Positions 25,982-37,221 of a stretch of 37,221 bases of DNA are shown one piece after another. The notes under the pieces are model-generated. The model had not been told where the DNA came from and did no database searches. It saw nothing but the letters and a program-made list of their open reading frames with translations. Position 1 is the stretch's first letter, and the number at the start of each line of letters is the position of its first letter. Made by a program: the position numbers and the translations under genes. Source of the DNA: Nitrospirota bacterium (GTDB taxonomy: Bacteria > Nitrospirota > JAOUDF01); assembly GCA_029859385.1 (NCBI GenBank), contig JAOUDF010000003.1, positions 1 through 37,221 on the forward strand, read 5' to 3'.

Positions 25982-28564
25982 ATGAGACTCGACAGATTCA
26001 CCGTAAAAGCCCAGGAGGCGCTTCAGGGCGCCCAGCACGAGGCGGAAAAAAAGAAAAATCAGCTTATCGAGCCCGAGCATCTGCTTGCGGCCCTCATCGC
26101 CCAGGAGGACGGCATCGTCGTCCCCATTCTCCGCAAGCTGGAGGTCGACCCGGGGCGGCTTTCCGAGGAGCTGGCAAAAGAGACCGGCCGATTCCCCCGC
26201 GTAGAGGGGGCCACTGCCGGGAGCTACCTCTCCCCCGCCGCCAACCGCCTGCTTGAAAAGGCCTTCGAAGAGGCCGAGCGGATGAAGGACGAATACGTAA
26301 GCACCGAACACCTTTTAATCGCCATCCTCGAGGCATTCACCCCGGCTTCCAGAATTTTGAAGAGCCTGGGCGTCACGCGCGACCGGCTTTTGACGGTGTT
26401 GCGCGAGGTGCGCGGCTCCCAGCGGGTCACCGACCAGAATCCCGAGGAGAAGTATCAGGCGCTCCAGAAATACAGCCGCGACCTTACCGACCTGGCCCGC
26501 AAAGGGAAACTCGACCCGGTCATCGGCCGCGACGAAGAGATCCGCCGCGTCATCCAGGTTCTCTCACGAAGGACAAAGAACAACCCGGTGCTCATCGGCG
26601 AACCGGGCGTCGGAAAGACCGCCATCGCCGAGGGGCTGGCGCAGCGGGTGATCGCCGGTGACGTCCCCGAGGGGTTGAAGAACCGGCGCGTCGTTTCGCT
26701 GGACATGGGGGCGCTCATCGCGGGGGCCAAATATCGAGGCGAGTTCGAGGAGCGGCTCAAGGCCGTGCTCAAGGAGATTTCCGAGGCGGGCGGCGAGATC
26801 ATCCTCTTCATCGACGAGCTTCATACGCTGGTAGGCGCGGGGGCTGCCGAGGGGGCCATGGACGCCTCCAACATGCTCAAACCCGCCCTCGCCCGGGGCG
26901 AGCTGCGCTGCGTCGGCGCGACCACCCTCGACGAGTACCGCAAGCATATCGAGAAGGATGCGGCGCTGGAGCGGCGTTTCCAGCCGGTGCTGGTGGGCGA
27001 ACCCAACGTGGAGGACACCATCTCCATCCTCCGCGGCCTCAAGGAGCGCTACGAGGTGCACCACGGCGTCAAGATCCGCGACTCCGCCCTGGTGGCCGCC
27101 GCCATGCTGTCGAACCGCTACATCACTGACCGGTTCTTGCCCGACAAGGCCATCGACCTCATCGACGAGGCTGCATCGCGCCTGCGGATGGAGATCGACT
27201 CGCTCCCCACCGAACTCGACGAACTGGAGCGGCGGATGCGCCAGCTTGAGATCGAGCGGCAGGCGGTGAAGAAGGAAAAGGACCCGGCGTCGCAGGAGCG
27301 GCTGGCGGGTATCGAGCGGGAACTGGCCGAACTGGGAGAAGAGGCCAAGGGGCTGCGCGCCCACTGGCAGGCCGAGAAGGAGTGCATAAAAAATATCCGC
27401 GCGGCCAAGGAGTCGTTGGAACAGGCCCGCACCGACGCCGAGAAGGCAGAGCGGGAAGGGAACTGGGAAAAGACGGCGGAGCTGCGCTACGGCAGGCTGA
27501 TCGAGTTGCAGAAGTCCATCGATGCCGAGAACGAGCACCTGCAGGAGATACAGAAAACCGGCAAGATGCTGAAGGAAGAGGTGGACGAGGAGGACGTGGC
27601 GCGCATCGTCTCGCGCTGGACCGGTATTCCGGTAAGCCGGATGATCGAGAGTGAGATGCAGAAGCTGCTGCGAATGGAGGACTCTCTGGCTCGTCGAGTT
27701 GTCGGCCAGGCCGAAGCGCTCTCCGCCGTGTCAAACGCCGTGCGCCGCGCCCGGGCGGGGATCGCCGACCCCAACCGCCCCATCGGTTCGTTCATATTCA
27801 TGGGGCCTACCGGCGTCGGCAAGACCGAGCTGGCCCGCGCCCTCGCCGATTTCCTCTTCGACGACGAGAACGCCATGGTCCGCATCGACATGAGCGAGTA
27901 CATGGAGAAACACACCGTCTCGCGGCTCATCGGCGCGCCCCCCGGCTACGTGGGGTACGAGGAGGGCGGTCAACTCACCGAGGCCGTGCGGCGCAGGCCC
28001 TACGCCGTCATCCTCTTCGACGAGATCGAGAAGGCCCACAACGACGTCTTCAACATCCTGCTGCAACTCCTGGACGACGGCCGTCTCACCGACGGCCACG
28101 GCCGGACGGTCGACTTCAAGAACACTGTGGTCATCATGACCTCCAACGTCGGGAGCCAGTATATCCAGCAACTTGTTATCGAGGACGAGGATGAGATGCG
28201 CAAACTGGCCACCGAGGCGCTTCGGGCATCGTTCCGCCCCGAGTTCCTCAACCGCGTCGACGACATAGTCATCTTCCATCCCCTTGGCATGGAACATCTG
28301 AAAAAGATCGTCGAGATTCAGTCGGAGTATCTCAAGAAACGCCTCGCCGAGCGTAGCATCAATCTAATGCTCAGCGAAGAGGCGAAGGAGCTTCTCGCAA
28401 GGGAAGGCTTCGACCCCGTCTACGGCGCACGGCCTCTCAAGCGTACTATTCAGCGGGAGATACAGAATCCGCTGGCGCTCAAGGTGCTGGATGGGACATT
28501 CCACGAAGGAGATACAGTGGAGGTTGGAGCGGAGGAGGGGAAGATTGTGCTGGGGAAGGTTTAA
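25982..28564 (+). CDS. clpB: Chaperone ClpB
   Basis: Clp N repeats, [24 protein letters not shown], coiled-coil M domain, GPTGVGKT and [12 protein letters not shown]. Confidence 0.97.
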   Translation: MRLDRFTVKAQEALQGAQHEAEKKKNQLIEPEHLLAALIAQEDGIVVPILRKLEVDPGRLSEELAKETGRFPRVEGATAGSYLSPAANRLLEKAFEEAERMKDEYVSTEHLLIAILEAFTPASRILKSLGVTRDRLLTVLREVRGSQRVTDQNPEEKYQALQKYSRDLTDLARKGKLDPVIGRDEEIRRVIQVLSRRTKNNPVLIGEPGVGKTAIAEGLAQRVIAGDVPEGLKNRRVVSLDMGALIAGAKYRGEFEERLKAVLKEISEAGGEIILFIDELHTLVGAGAAEGAMDASNMLKPALARGELRCVGATTLDEYRKHIEKDAALERRFQPVLVGEPNVEDTISILRGLKERYEVHHGVKIRDSALVAAAMLSNRYITDRFLPDKAIDLIDEAASRLRMEIDSLPTELDELERRMRQLEIERQAVKKEKDPASQERLAGIERELAELGEEAKGLRAHWQAEKECIKNIRAAKESLEQARTDAEKAEREGNWEKTAELRYGRLIELQKSIDAENEHLQEIQKTGKMLKEEVDEEDVARIVSRWTGIPVSRMIESEMQKLLRMEDSLARRVVGQAEALSAVSNAVRRARAGIADPNRPIGSFIFMGPTGVGKTELARALADFLFDDENAMVRIDMSEYMEKHTVSRLIGAPPGYVGYEEGGQLTEAVRRRPYAVILFDEIEKAHNDVFNILLQLLDDGRLTDGHGRTVDFKNTVVIMTSNVGSQYIQQLVIEDEDEMRKLATEALRASFRPEFLNRVDDIVIFHPLGMEHLKKIVEIQSEYLKKRLAERSINLMLSEEAKELLAREGFDPVYGARPLKRTIQREIQNPLALKVLDGTFHEGDTVEVGAEEGKIVLGKV

Positions 28565-28604
28565 ACACGGGAGTCCCTAGTAGCAGGGGCTCCCGTGTTT
28601 AAAC
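28559..28604. terminator. 20-bp stem hairpin between convergent genes (likely bidirectional terminator)
   Basis: GTTTAAACACGGGAGTCCCT-AGTAGC-AGGGGCTCCCGTGTTTAAAC spans the gap and touches both stop codons. Confidence 0.7.
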
Positions 28605-28969
28605 TATTTAGTCTGTTTGAAAAAGGTATTGAACGTCTCCTGCGACTCAAAATACAGGGCTATTCCGCCCTGTCCCACGCCGATCACCGCCGTGGCCTTG
28701 TCCACCGGGTTCCCCGTTACGGGGTCCTTGGCCGTACGAAGGTCGGCCTCGGACTTGAGCCCCTGCACGCACCCCATGCAGCAGCCGTAGTAGGTCTTCC
28801 CCTCTACCTCGACCGGTATCTGGGTCTTGTCCATGACCGTGTCGTTCACCATGCAGACATACTGGTTCTCCACCGGCTTGACGTTCTCGGCGAACACCTG
28901 ACCGGCGTTCAGAAGAACGATGGTAAACACTGCGATATAAAGGGCTGAAAGCAACCTGCGCATTTTCAT
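28604..28969 (-). CDS. Exported YHS/TRASH-domain metal-binding protein
   Basis: Signal peptide, VCMVND, VEGKTYYGCCMGC, DPVTG..VDK and LYFES. Confidence 0.8.
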   Translation of the reverse strand: MKMRRLLSALYIAVFTIVLLNAGQVFAENVKPVENQYVCMVNDTVMDKTQIPVEVEGKTYYGCCMGCVQGLKSEADLRTAKDPVTGNPVDKATAVIGVGQGGIALYFESQETFNTFFKQTK

Positions 28970-29058
28970 GACTTCCTCCGACAATTTAACTCACCGCCGC
29001 CCGGTATCGGACGGCAACCTTGGACTTGTTCTATTATTATACCATTTTCGTAAGCTGA

Positions 29059-29352
29059 TCAGGCCTCTGCTTCCGGTTCGACGCCGCCCTCATCCCCGAA
29101 ATTCAACCGGGCCCCGATAAACTGCCCGGCGATTACCGCGACGATGACAAAGGGAATGGCATACGCCGAAATCTCGAGAAAGTGCCGCAGAAGGATACTG
29201 ATGGTGAGAGGAATATAGAGGCAGCGGGCCCACGGGCGCGACAGGCGGCGGTAGCGGTTTCTCAGGTGCCCCACGGGGATGTTCCCCACGAAGATTACCG
29301 AGAAATAGAGCGCTACTGCCAGCATGTGATGGTGCGACACAAACTCGTGCAT
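29059..29352 (-). CDS. Small conserved-type membrane protein
   Basis: Three hydrophobic segments, NIPVG..R..W..IP and AGQFIG. GAGGAGG RBS. Confidence 0.65.
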   Translation of the reverse strand: MHEFVSHHHMLAVALYFSVIFVGNIPVGHLRNRYRRLSRPWARCLYIPLTISILLRHFLEISAYAIPFVIVAVIAGQFIGARLNFGDEGGVEPEAEA

Positions 29353-29370
29353 CCTTGCCCCTCCTCAGCC

Positions 29371-30390
29371 TTACTCTTTCGAAGCCGGTTTACGCTCCCT
29401 GGTTTCCTTCTCCCGGTCGTCGCCCGTCTCGAACCACAACCCCTTCTCCTTGGCCTCAGCCACCGCCTCCTCAATCTCCTTCGCATTTACATTTCTCGGG
29501 AGGGTAAGCTTCTGGCCTTCGGCTATCTGGGTAGGGTCCTTGATCTGCGACCGGTTTGCCTTGTAGATAATGGGCCAGAGGTAAGGGTCTCCGTAGACAT
29601 CCTTGCGGGCCGATATCTGCCAGAGCGTCTCCCCTTTTCCAACCATGTAGTCGGTCAATACCTGCGGTATTCCATTGCGGGCTCCCGCAGCCTCAACCTC
29701 TTTCTTGTCCGTGGCCTTTATCGCCGACGAAGAAGGGGCCTCGGGTTTGGATTTTGTCTCCAATGTTGCCCGTTTGGCGGCGAGACGCTCGACTTCCACC
29801 CGCGCCATGCGCTCGGCCTCGAGTTTGGCAAGCCGCTCCTTTTCTTCCTTGGTCTCTTTTATAGATTCATCGGCCGCAATCTGGGCCATCTTGGCCTTTT
29901 CGATGGAGGCTGAATAGCCACAGGTGCTTACAAAGAACAGATTTTTGGCCTCCACGAGAGCGGCCTGGGCCGACTCGAGTTTGGCCGAGGCATGCGTTTT
30001 GGCGCCGGCCTTTTCGGCTGACTCTATGGCATACATGGCTTCGCGGATCGAGCGCTCGGCATCGTTCTTTGAGCGCCTGATGAGGTCGGCCGCCTTGGTC
30101 ATGCTGGTCTTGGATTTCTGGTTTGACTTCTCGGCGGCGACACGGGCTTTCTTGTACCCTGTCAGCATGCTCTCCAGCGCCTCGGCATCCCGCTTCTCGG
30201 CTTCGGTCAGCAACTGGCCGATTTCCTCATAATCCTTCGGCAGGAAATATTCAACGCAGTTTTCCTGGGCCGCCTTCATGGCCGCCCGGGCGTCGGCAAT
30301 CTCCTGGATGGGCCTTTTAGTGCAGCCGACAAGGGATGAACCCAGAACAGCCACCGACAGCATGAGACAGGTAAAACGCAACACTTTCAT
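29371..30390 (-). CDS. LysM and DUF4398-like coiled-coil lipoprotein
   Basis: Lipobox LVGC, Ala-rich helices, and LysM YMVGKGETLWQIS..VYGDPYLWPIIYKAN..I..GQKL.LP. Confidence 0.85.
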   Translation of the reverse strand: MKVLRFTCLMLSVAVLGSSLVGCTKRPIQEIADARAAMKAAQENCVEYFLPKDYEEIGQLLTEAEKRDAEALESMLTGYKKARVAAEKSNQKSKTSMTKAADLIRRSKNDAERSIREAMYAIESAEKAGAKTHASAKLESAQAALVEAKNLFFVSTCGYSASIEKAKMAQIAADESIKETKEEKERLAKLEAERMARVEVERLAAKRATLETKSKPEAPSSSAIKATDKKEVEAAGARNGIPQVLTDYMVGKGETLWQISARKDVYGDPYLWPIIYKANRSQIKDPTQIAEGQKLTLPRNVNAKEIEEAVAEAKEKGLWFETGDDREKETRERKPASKE

Positions 30391-30421
30391 TATACTCACC
30401 TCAAAACTACTTGTACTTCCG

Positions 30422-32197
30422 TTACTCCACCGGCGCAAGAGCGGCGATCTGCAACTCCAGCAACTGTTCCGGCGCAACCCTCGACGGGGCCTCGCTCATG
30501 AGGCAGGTCGCCTTCTGCGTCTTCGGGAAGGCGATGACGTCGCGGATGGAGTCGGTGCCCGCGAGAATCATGGTAATGCGGTCCAGGCCGAAGGCGATAC
30601 CGCCGTGGGGCGGAGCGCCGTACTCGAGGGCATCGAGCAGGAACCCGAACTTCAGCCGGGCATCCTCCTCGGAAATGCCGAGGAGTTCGAACATCTTCTT
30701 CTGCACATCCTGGCGATGGATACGGATCGATCCGCCGCCGATCTCGTAGCCGTTGAGCACGATGTCGTAGGCCTTGGCCCGCGCCTTTGACGGGTCGCTG
30801 TCCATCAGGGCCTCGTCGCCGTCCATGGGGGCCGTGAAGGGGTGGTGCATGGCGGCCCAGCGGCGACCTTCCTCGTCCCACTCCAGCAGCGGGAAGTCGG
30901 TGACCCAGAGGAAATTATACTTCGATTCGTCGATCATGCCGAGCCGCTGCGCGATATGGGTCCGCAGATGGGCCAGGGCATCGGCCACAATCTTGGGGTT
31001 GTCGGCCACGAAGATCATGAGATCGCCGGGCTTGGCGCCGAACTTCTGCGCGATGGCATCGATGGTCTCGGGCTTGAAGAACTTGGCGATGGGCGACTCG
31101 TAGCCCCCGTCGACGACCTTGATCCACGCGAGGCCCTTGGCCTTGTAGATCTTCGCCTCTTCGGTGAGGTCGTCCAGCTCCTTGCGCGAAAGGCCCGCCA
31201 TGCCGGGCGCGGCAAAGCCCTTCACCTGTCCGCCCGCCTCGACGGCCGCGGTGAAGACCTTGAAGTCGGAACCCTTCGCCAGCTCCGATACATCGTTGAG
31301 TTCGAGACCGAAGCGGGTGTCGGGCTTGTCGCAACCGTAACGATCCATGACCTCCTGATAGCCCAGGCGCGGGAAGGGCCGGGCGATGTCGATTCCCTTG
31401 GCCGCCTTCATTACCGTCGCCAGCATCTCCTCCATGAGGGCGATGATATCCTCGCGGTCGATGAACGACATCTCGAGATCGATCTGGGTGAACTCGGGCT
31501 GACGGTCGGCCCGCAGGTCCTCGTCCCTGAAGCACTTGACGATCTGGTAGTACCGCTCGAACCCTGCCACCATCAAAAGCTGCTTGAACAGCTGGGGCGA
31601 CTGGGGAAGGGCGAAGAACGAGCCGGGATTGACGCGGCTGGGGACGAGATAGTCCCGCGCGCCTTCGGGCGTGCTCTTGGTAAGGAACGGTGTTTCCACA
31701 TCGACGAAGCCCTGATCGTCGAGAAAACGCCGGACGGTCTTTGCGATGGCATGCCGCATGAAAAGTATCTTCTGCAGTGCAGGACGCCGCAGGTCGAGGT
31801 AGCGGTACTTGAGCCGCGTCATCTCCCCCACGTCGGTGTTGTCTTCTATCATGAACGGCGGGGTCTTGGCGGTGTTGAGCAGTTCAAGACCGTTGATCAG
31901 TACCTCGACCTCGCCGGTCGGCAGGTTGGGGTTGACCGTGCCGTCGGGGCGGGCCTCCACTCTGCCGGTCACCGAGATGACATACTCGCTGCGCAGCTCG
32001 TGGGCCTTTTCGTGGGTGGTCCCGTCTATCTCGGGATTGAACACCACCTGGGTAATTCCCTTGCGGTCGCGAAGGTCGATGAAGATCAGCCCGCCGTGGT
32101 CCCTGCGCCGCTGCACCCATCCCGCCAGGTGCACCACCTTGCCGATATCGCCCTTCCTGAGCTCTCCACACGTATGCGTTCTTTTAATCTGTGCCAA
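30422..32197 (-). CDS. aspS: Aspartate-tRNA ligase (probably non-discriminating)
   Basis: [32 protein letters not shown] and GGIAFGLDR. Confidence 0.97.
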   Translation of the reverse strand: MAQIKRTHTCGELRKGDIGKVVHLAGWVQRRRDHGGLIFIDLRDRKGITQVVFNPEIDGTTHEKAHELRSEYVISVTGRVEARPDGTVNPNLPTGEVEVLINGLELLNTAKTPPFMIEDNTDVGEMTRLKYRYLDLRRPALQKILFMRHAIAKTVRRFLDDQGFVDVETPFLTKSTPEGARDYLVPSRVNPGSFFALPQSPQLFKQLLMVAGFERYYQIVKCFRDEDLRADRQPEFTQIDLEMSFIDREDIIALMEEMLATVMKAAKGIDIARPFPRLGYQEVMDRYGCDKPDTRFGLELNDVSELAKGSDFKVFTAAVEAGGQVKGFAAPGMAGLSRKELDDLTEEAKIYKAKGLAWIKVVDGGYESPIAKFFKPETIDAIAQKFGAKPGDLMIFVADNPKIVADALAHLRTHIAQRLGMIDESKYNFLWVTDFPLLEWDEEGRRWAAMHHPFTAPMDGDEALMDSDPSKARAKAYDIVLNGYEIGGGSIRIHRQDVQKKMFELLGISEEDARLKFGFLLDALEYGAPPHGGIAFGLDRITMILAGTDSIRDVIAFPKTQKATCLMSEAPSRVAPEQLLELQIAALAPVE

Positions 32198-32213
32198 GTT
32201 GTCCAGTCTCCTT

Positions 32214-33359
32214 TTATGTCGTCGCCTGCCTGAGCCGCTTCACCTCACCGGGGGTGAGAAACCGCCACGCCCCCAGCGGCAGCGGACCCAGCTCGACGGG
32301 ACCAATCGCCATCCGTTTCAGTTTGAGCACCGAATGCCCTATCTTTTCGCACATCCTGCGCACCTGCCGGTTCCTTCCCTCATGGATGGTGATCTCTATC
32401 CACGAGTTGGTCGCCGTCTTCTTTACCGGCTTTACCGCCGCCGGGGCAGTCATACCGTCAGCCAGCTTTACGCCCTGCCGCAGCTTTTCGAAATCCGCCT
32501 CGTCGAGCACGCCATCCACCTTCACCCGGTAGGTCTTGGCCATCTCCCGCGCCGGATGGGTGACGGCATTGGCCAGGTCACCGTCGTTGGTAAAGAGCAG
32601 CAGCCCTTCGGTCTGCACATCCAGCCTCCCCACCGGTTTTACCCGCATCTTGAGCCCCTTGATGAGGCGCATCACCGTGTCCCGCGCCTCGGGGTCGTCC
32701 ATGGTGGTAATAAATCCCCGCGGCTTGTTGAGCATGATGCAGACCTTCTCTTCGGCATTGATGCGCAGCGGTTTGCCGTTTACCTTTATGTAGTCCCTGG
32801 CGGGGTCGACCTTGCATCCCAGTTCCGCCACCTGTCCGTTGACCGTTACCGAGCCCTCGCTGATCAGCTCCTCGGCGTGCCTGCGGGAGGCTATCCCCGC
32901 CTGCGCCAGCACCTTCTGGAGCCGCTCCAGGCCAGGTTCCCCGGTCGACGCCGGTTTTTCTACCCTGGGTGCAGCAGCAGGACGTCTCCTCGCCGTCATA
33001 GGGCGAGCCCCTTCTTCAGGGCGCCTCCTGCTGAGTGACGGTTTGCCGGGCGACGGCTTGCTCGATTTTGGTGATGACGGGCCACCGGTCCTTTGTCGAC
33101 CCGTTTCCGCCTGTTCCGGACGGGCGGTCCTTCCCTTCGCGGTCTTCGAAGGCCTCCCGGCCGACGGTTTCTCCGCCGATGAAGGGCGACCTTTGCGGTT
33201 GGTCGGCGTCTCTTCCCGGCCCGGCTTCATGGCCTTCCTCGCCTCGTGATATCTGTCCACCGCAGCCTTGATTACTTTTTCCATGCTGCCGGAGGATCGT
33301 CCGGTCGATTTCTTTCCACCGGCTGTTTTCGGCCTTTGACGCGTCTTTGTTGGTTTCAA
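32214..33359 (-). CDS. rluB: RsuA/RluB-family pseudouridine synthase with long basic N-terminal extension (start uncertain)
   Basis: S4 domain [21 protein letters not shown], catalytic VGRLD and [10 protein letters not shown]. Confidence 0.88.
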   Translation of the reverse strand: MKPTKTRQRPKTAGGKKSTGRSSGSMEKVIKAAVDRYHEARKAMKPGREETPTNRKGRPSSAEKPSAGRPSKTAKGRTARPEQAETGRQRTGGPSSPKSSKPSPGKPSLSRRRPEEGARPMTARRRPAAAPRVEKPASTGEPGLERLQKVLAQAGIASRRHAEELISEGSVTVNGQVAELGCKVDPARDYIKVNGKPLRINAEEKVCIMLNKPRGFITTMDDPEARDTVMRLIKGLKMRVKPVGRLDVQTEGLLLFTNDGDLANAVTHPAREMAKTYRVKVDGVLDEADFEKLRQGVKLADGMTAPAAVKPVKKTATNSWIEITIHEGRNRQVRRMCEKIGHSVLKLKRMAIGPVELGPLPLGAWRFLTPGEVKRLRQATT

Positions 33360-33383
33360 TTCATTGTCTCGGGAAGATATTCC

Positions 33384-34940
33384 CTACTCCCACTCTATGG
33401 TGCCGGGGGGCTTGGAGGTAATGTCGTACACCACCCGGTTTACCCCCTTCACCTCGTTGATAATCCGGTTGGAAATCCTTGCCAGCAGTTCGTAAGGAAG
33501 GTGCACCCAGTCGGCGGTCATGCCGTCGAGGGAGTTTACTGCCCGCAGCGCGATGGTGTAGTCGTAGGTCCGCTCGTCCCCCATGACACCTACGGTCTTT
33601 ACCGGCAGGAGCACGGCAAAGGACTGCCATATCGACTGATAGAGCCCGGCGCTCTTGATCTCTTCGAGCACCACGGCATCGGCGTTGCGCAGAATCTCAA
33701 GACGGTCGGCGGTTACTTCACCCAAGCAGCGGATGGCCAGACCAGGGCCGGGGAACGGCTGCCGGTTGATGATCTCCTCGGGCATGCCCAGTTCGCGCCC
33801 AACCTGCCGGACCTCGTCCTTGAACAGTTCGCGCAGCGGCTCGATAAGCTTCAGCCGCATCCGCTCCGGCAAACCGCCCACGTTGTGATGCGACTTGATC
33901 ACCGCCGCCGGTCCCTTGACGGAGACCGATTCGATGACGTCGGGGTAGAGGGTTCCCTGCGCAAGGAAGTCGACGGTCCCGAGGCGCTCGGCCTCCCGCT
34001 CGAAGAGGTAGATGAACTCGTTGCCGATGATCTTGCGCTTCTGCTCCGGGTCGGTCACCCCTTTGAGTTTATCCAGAAAGATGTCGGACGCGTCGACATA
34101 GTCGAGGTTCATCCGGAACTGGTTCCGGAAGACATCCTGCACGCGTTCGGCCTCGCCCTTTCTGAGGACGCCGTTGTTGACGAAGATGGAGGTAAGCTGC
34201 TGGCCGATGGCCTGGTGAATGAGCACCGAAACCACCGATGAATCGACCCCGCCGGAGAGGGCGGAGATGACCTTGCCGCTGCCCACCTGGCGACGGATCG
34301 CGTCGATGGTGGTGCCGATGAACGACCCCATGGTCCACTGCCCCGTGCAGCCGCAGACGCCGCGCACGAAGGCCTCCAGAATTTCAGCGCCCCGGGGGGA
34401 ATGCACTACCTCGGGATGGAACTGGATGCCGTAGAAATTCCGTGACGGGTCGGCAATGGCAGCGGCCGGTGAGTTGTCCGTATGGGCTACAACCTTGAAG
34501 CCCTGAGGGGATTTTTCAATCCGGTCGCCATGGCTCATCCATACCTCGAGGGGGGCATTGTCTCCACGGAACGGGGCGAATATCCCCGATGCATCGTCAA
34601 CGCGAAGATAGGCGCGGCCGTATTCCCGCTTGGTCGCCCTCTCCACCACGCCGCCGTTGAGGTGGGTCATGAGCTGCATGCCGTAGCAGATGCCCAGCAC
34701 GGGCAGCCCCAGTTCGAATATCCCCTTGTCGATCATTGGGGCTTCCTTATCGTAGACGCTGGACGGGCCGCCGGAGAGGATGATCCCCTTGGGCGCCCAC
34801 TTTTTGATGGCGTCGAGACCGACGTTAAAAGGGTGTATCTCGCAGTAGACGCGGTTCTCCCGCACCCGCCGGGCAATAAGCTGGGTGTACTGGGAACCGA
34901 AGTCGAGGATCAGTATCTTTTCGGAATGGATGTCGGTCAT
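33384..34940 (-). CDS. guaA: GMP synthase (glutamine-hydrolysing)
   Basis: [25 protein letters not shown] and KPPGTIEWE. Confidence 0.98.
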   Translation of the reverse strand: MTDIHSEKILILDFGSQYTQLIARRVRENRVYCEIHPFNVGLDAIKKWAPKGIILSGGPSSVYDKEAPMIDKGIFELGLPVLGICYGMQLMTHLNGGVVERATKREYGRAYLRVDDASGIFAPFRGDNAPLEVWMSHGDRIEKSPQGFKVVAHTDNSPAAAIADPSRNFYGIQFHPEVVHSPRGAEILEAFVRGVCGCTGQWTMGSFIGTTIDAIRRQVGSGKVISALSGGVDSSVVSVLIHQAIGQQLTSIFVNNGVLRKGEAERVQDVFRNQFRMNLDYVDASDIFLDKLKGVTDPEQKRKIIGNEFIYLFEREAERLGTVDFLAQGTLYPDVIESVSVKGPAAVIKSHHNVGGLPERMRLKLIEPLRELFKDEVRQVGRELGMPEEIINRQPFPGPGLAIRCLGEVTADRLEILRNADAVVLEEIKSAGLYQSIWQSFAVLLPVKTVGVMGDERTYDYTIALRAVNSLDGMTADWVHLPYELLARISNRIINEVKGVNRVVYDITSKPPGTIEWE

Positions 34941-34959
34941 GAATTGGCTTTCAAAAAAT

Positions 34960-35023
34960 GTAGGGGCGATCCTTGTGATCGCCCAATCTGTGCTGTGCGG
35001 GCGAATACAAGATTCACCCCTGC
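34960..35023. repeat. GTAG-family REP doublet
   Basis: GTAGGGGCGATC-CTTGT-GATCGCCC followed by the inverted unit GGGCGAAT-ACAAG-ATTCACCCCTGC. Confidence 0.7.
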
Positions 35024-35027
35024 GATA

Positions 35028-36543
<1,516 letters not shown>

Positions 36544-36578
36544 GGTAAAGCACCTTCAAAGGGAGCATGTCGAAAAAT

Positions 36579-36608
36579 AAAAAGGCCCATCATTGCTGAT
36601 GGGCCTTT
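36579..36608 (-). terminator. rRNA operon terminator
   Basis: AAAGGCCCATCA-GCAA-TGATGGGCCTTT plus a T run just downstream of 5S. Confidence 0.85.
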
Positions 36609-36616
36609 CATTTTAA

Positions 36617-36734
36617 TCCCGGCGACGTCCTACTCTCCCACACCATCGCTAGTGCAGTACCATCGGCGCTGGAGGTCTTAACTGCCGTGTTCGGGATGGG
36701 AACGGGTGTTGCCCCTCCGCCATAGCCACCGGGA
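36617..36734 (-). rRNA. rrf: 5S rRNA
   Basis: Reverse complement contains CCCGTTCCCATCCCGAACACGG, GATGGTACTGC and GGGAGAGTAGG. The ends pair with each other. Confidence 0.96.
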
Positions 36735-36812
36735 ATTCCGAATACTACTCAAACCGAATAAGCACATCTGATTTATGCGTTTTAAAAGACCGGATTTTTC
36801 AAGGGCAAATTA

Positions 36813-37221
<409 letters not shown>

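Overview
This is a GC-rich bacterial chromosomal segment. Its gene content (PEP-CTERM protein, PilZ protein, Sec machinery, HspR/ClpB operon, REP-like palindromes) suggests Desulfobacterota/deltaproteobacteria or a relative; the taxonomy is an inference. Most of the window is housekeeping: HIT hydrolase, ferritin-like protein, msrAB, slyX, selC-PilZ-selD-selA, MFS, lipA, a sod-pdhAB-TA-pdhC cluster, csp, HhH-GPD glycosylase, glycerate kinase, rqcH, cbpA/dnaJ-hspR-clpB, aspS, rluB, guaA, guaB, and the 3' end of an rRNA operon (5S, partial 23S). Five signals stand out. (1) A standalone SMODS/CD-NTase-type nucleotidyltransferase has no CBASS effector beside it, but has its own sigma54 -24/-12 promoter and terminator. 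(2) An integrase-less two-cassette integron array (two attC sites) ends exactly at the selA stop codon and carries a Zn-finger/HEPN-motif gene. (3) The tRNA-Sec has a 7-bp acceptor stem with a bulged C (12-bp type). (4) selD is itself a UGA-recoded selenoprotein missed by the ORF track. (5) A 48-bp inverted repeat pair flanks 88 bp between divergent genes, next to a HAIR-like operator on the heat-shock promoter.
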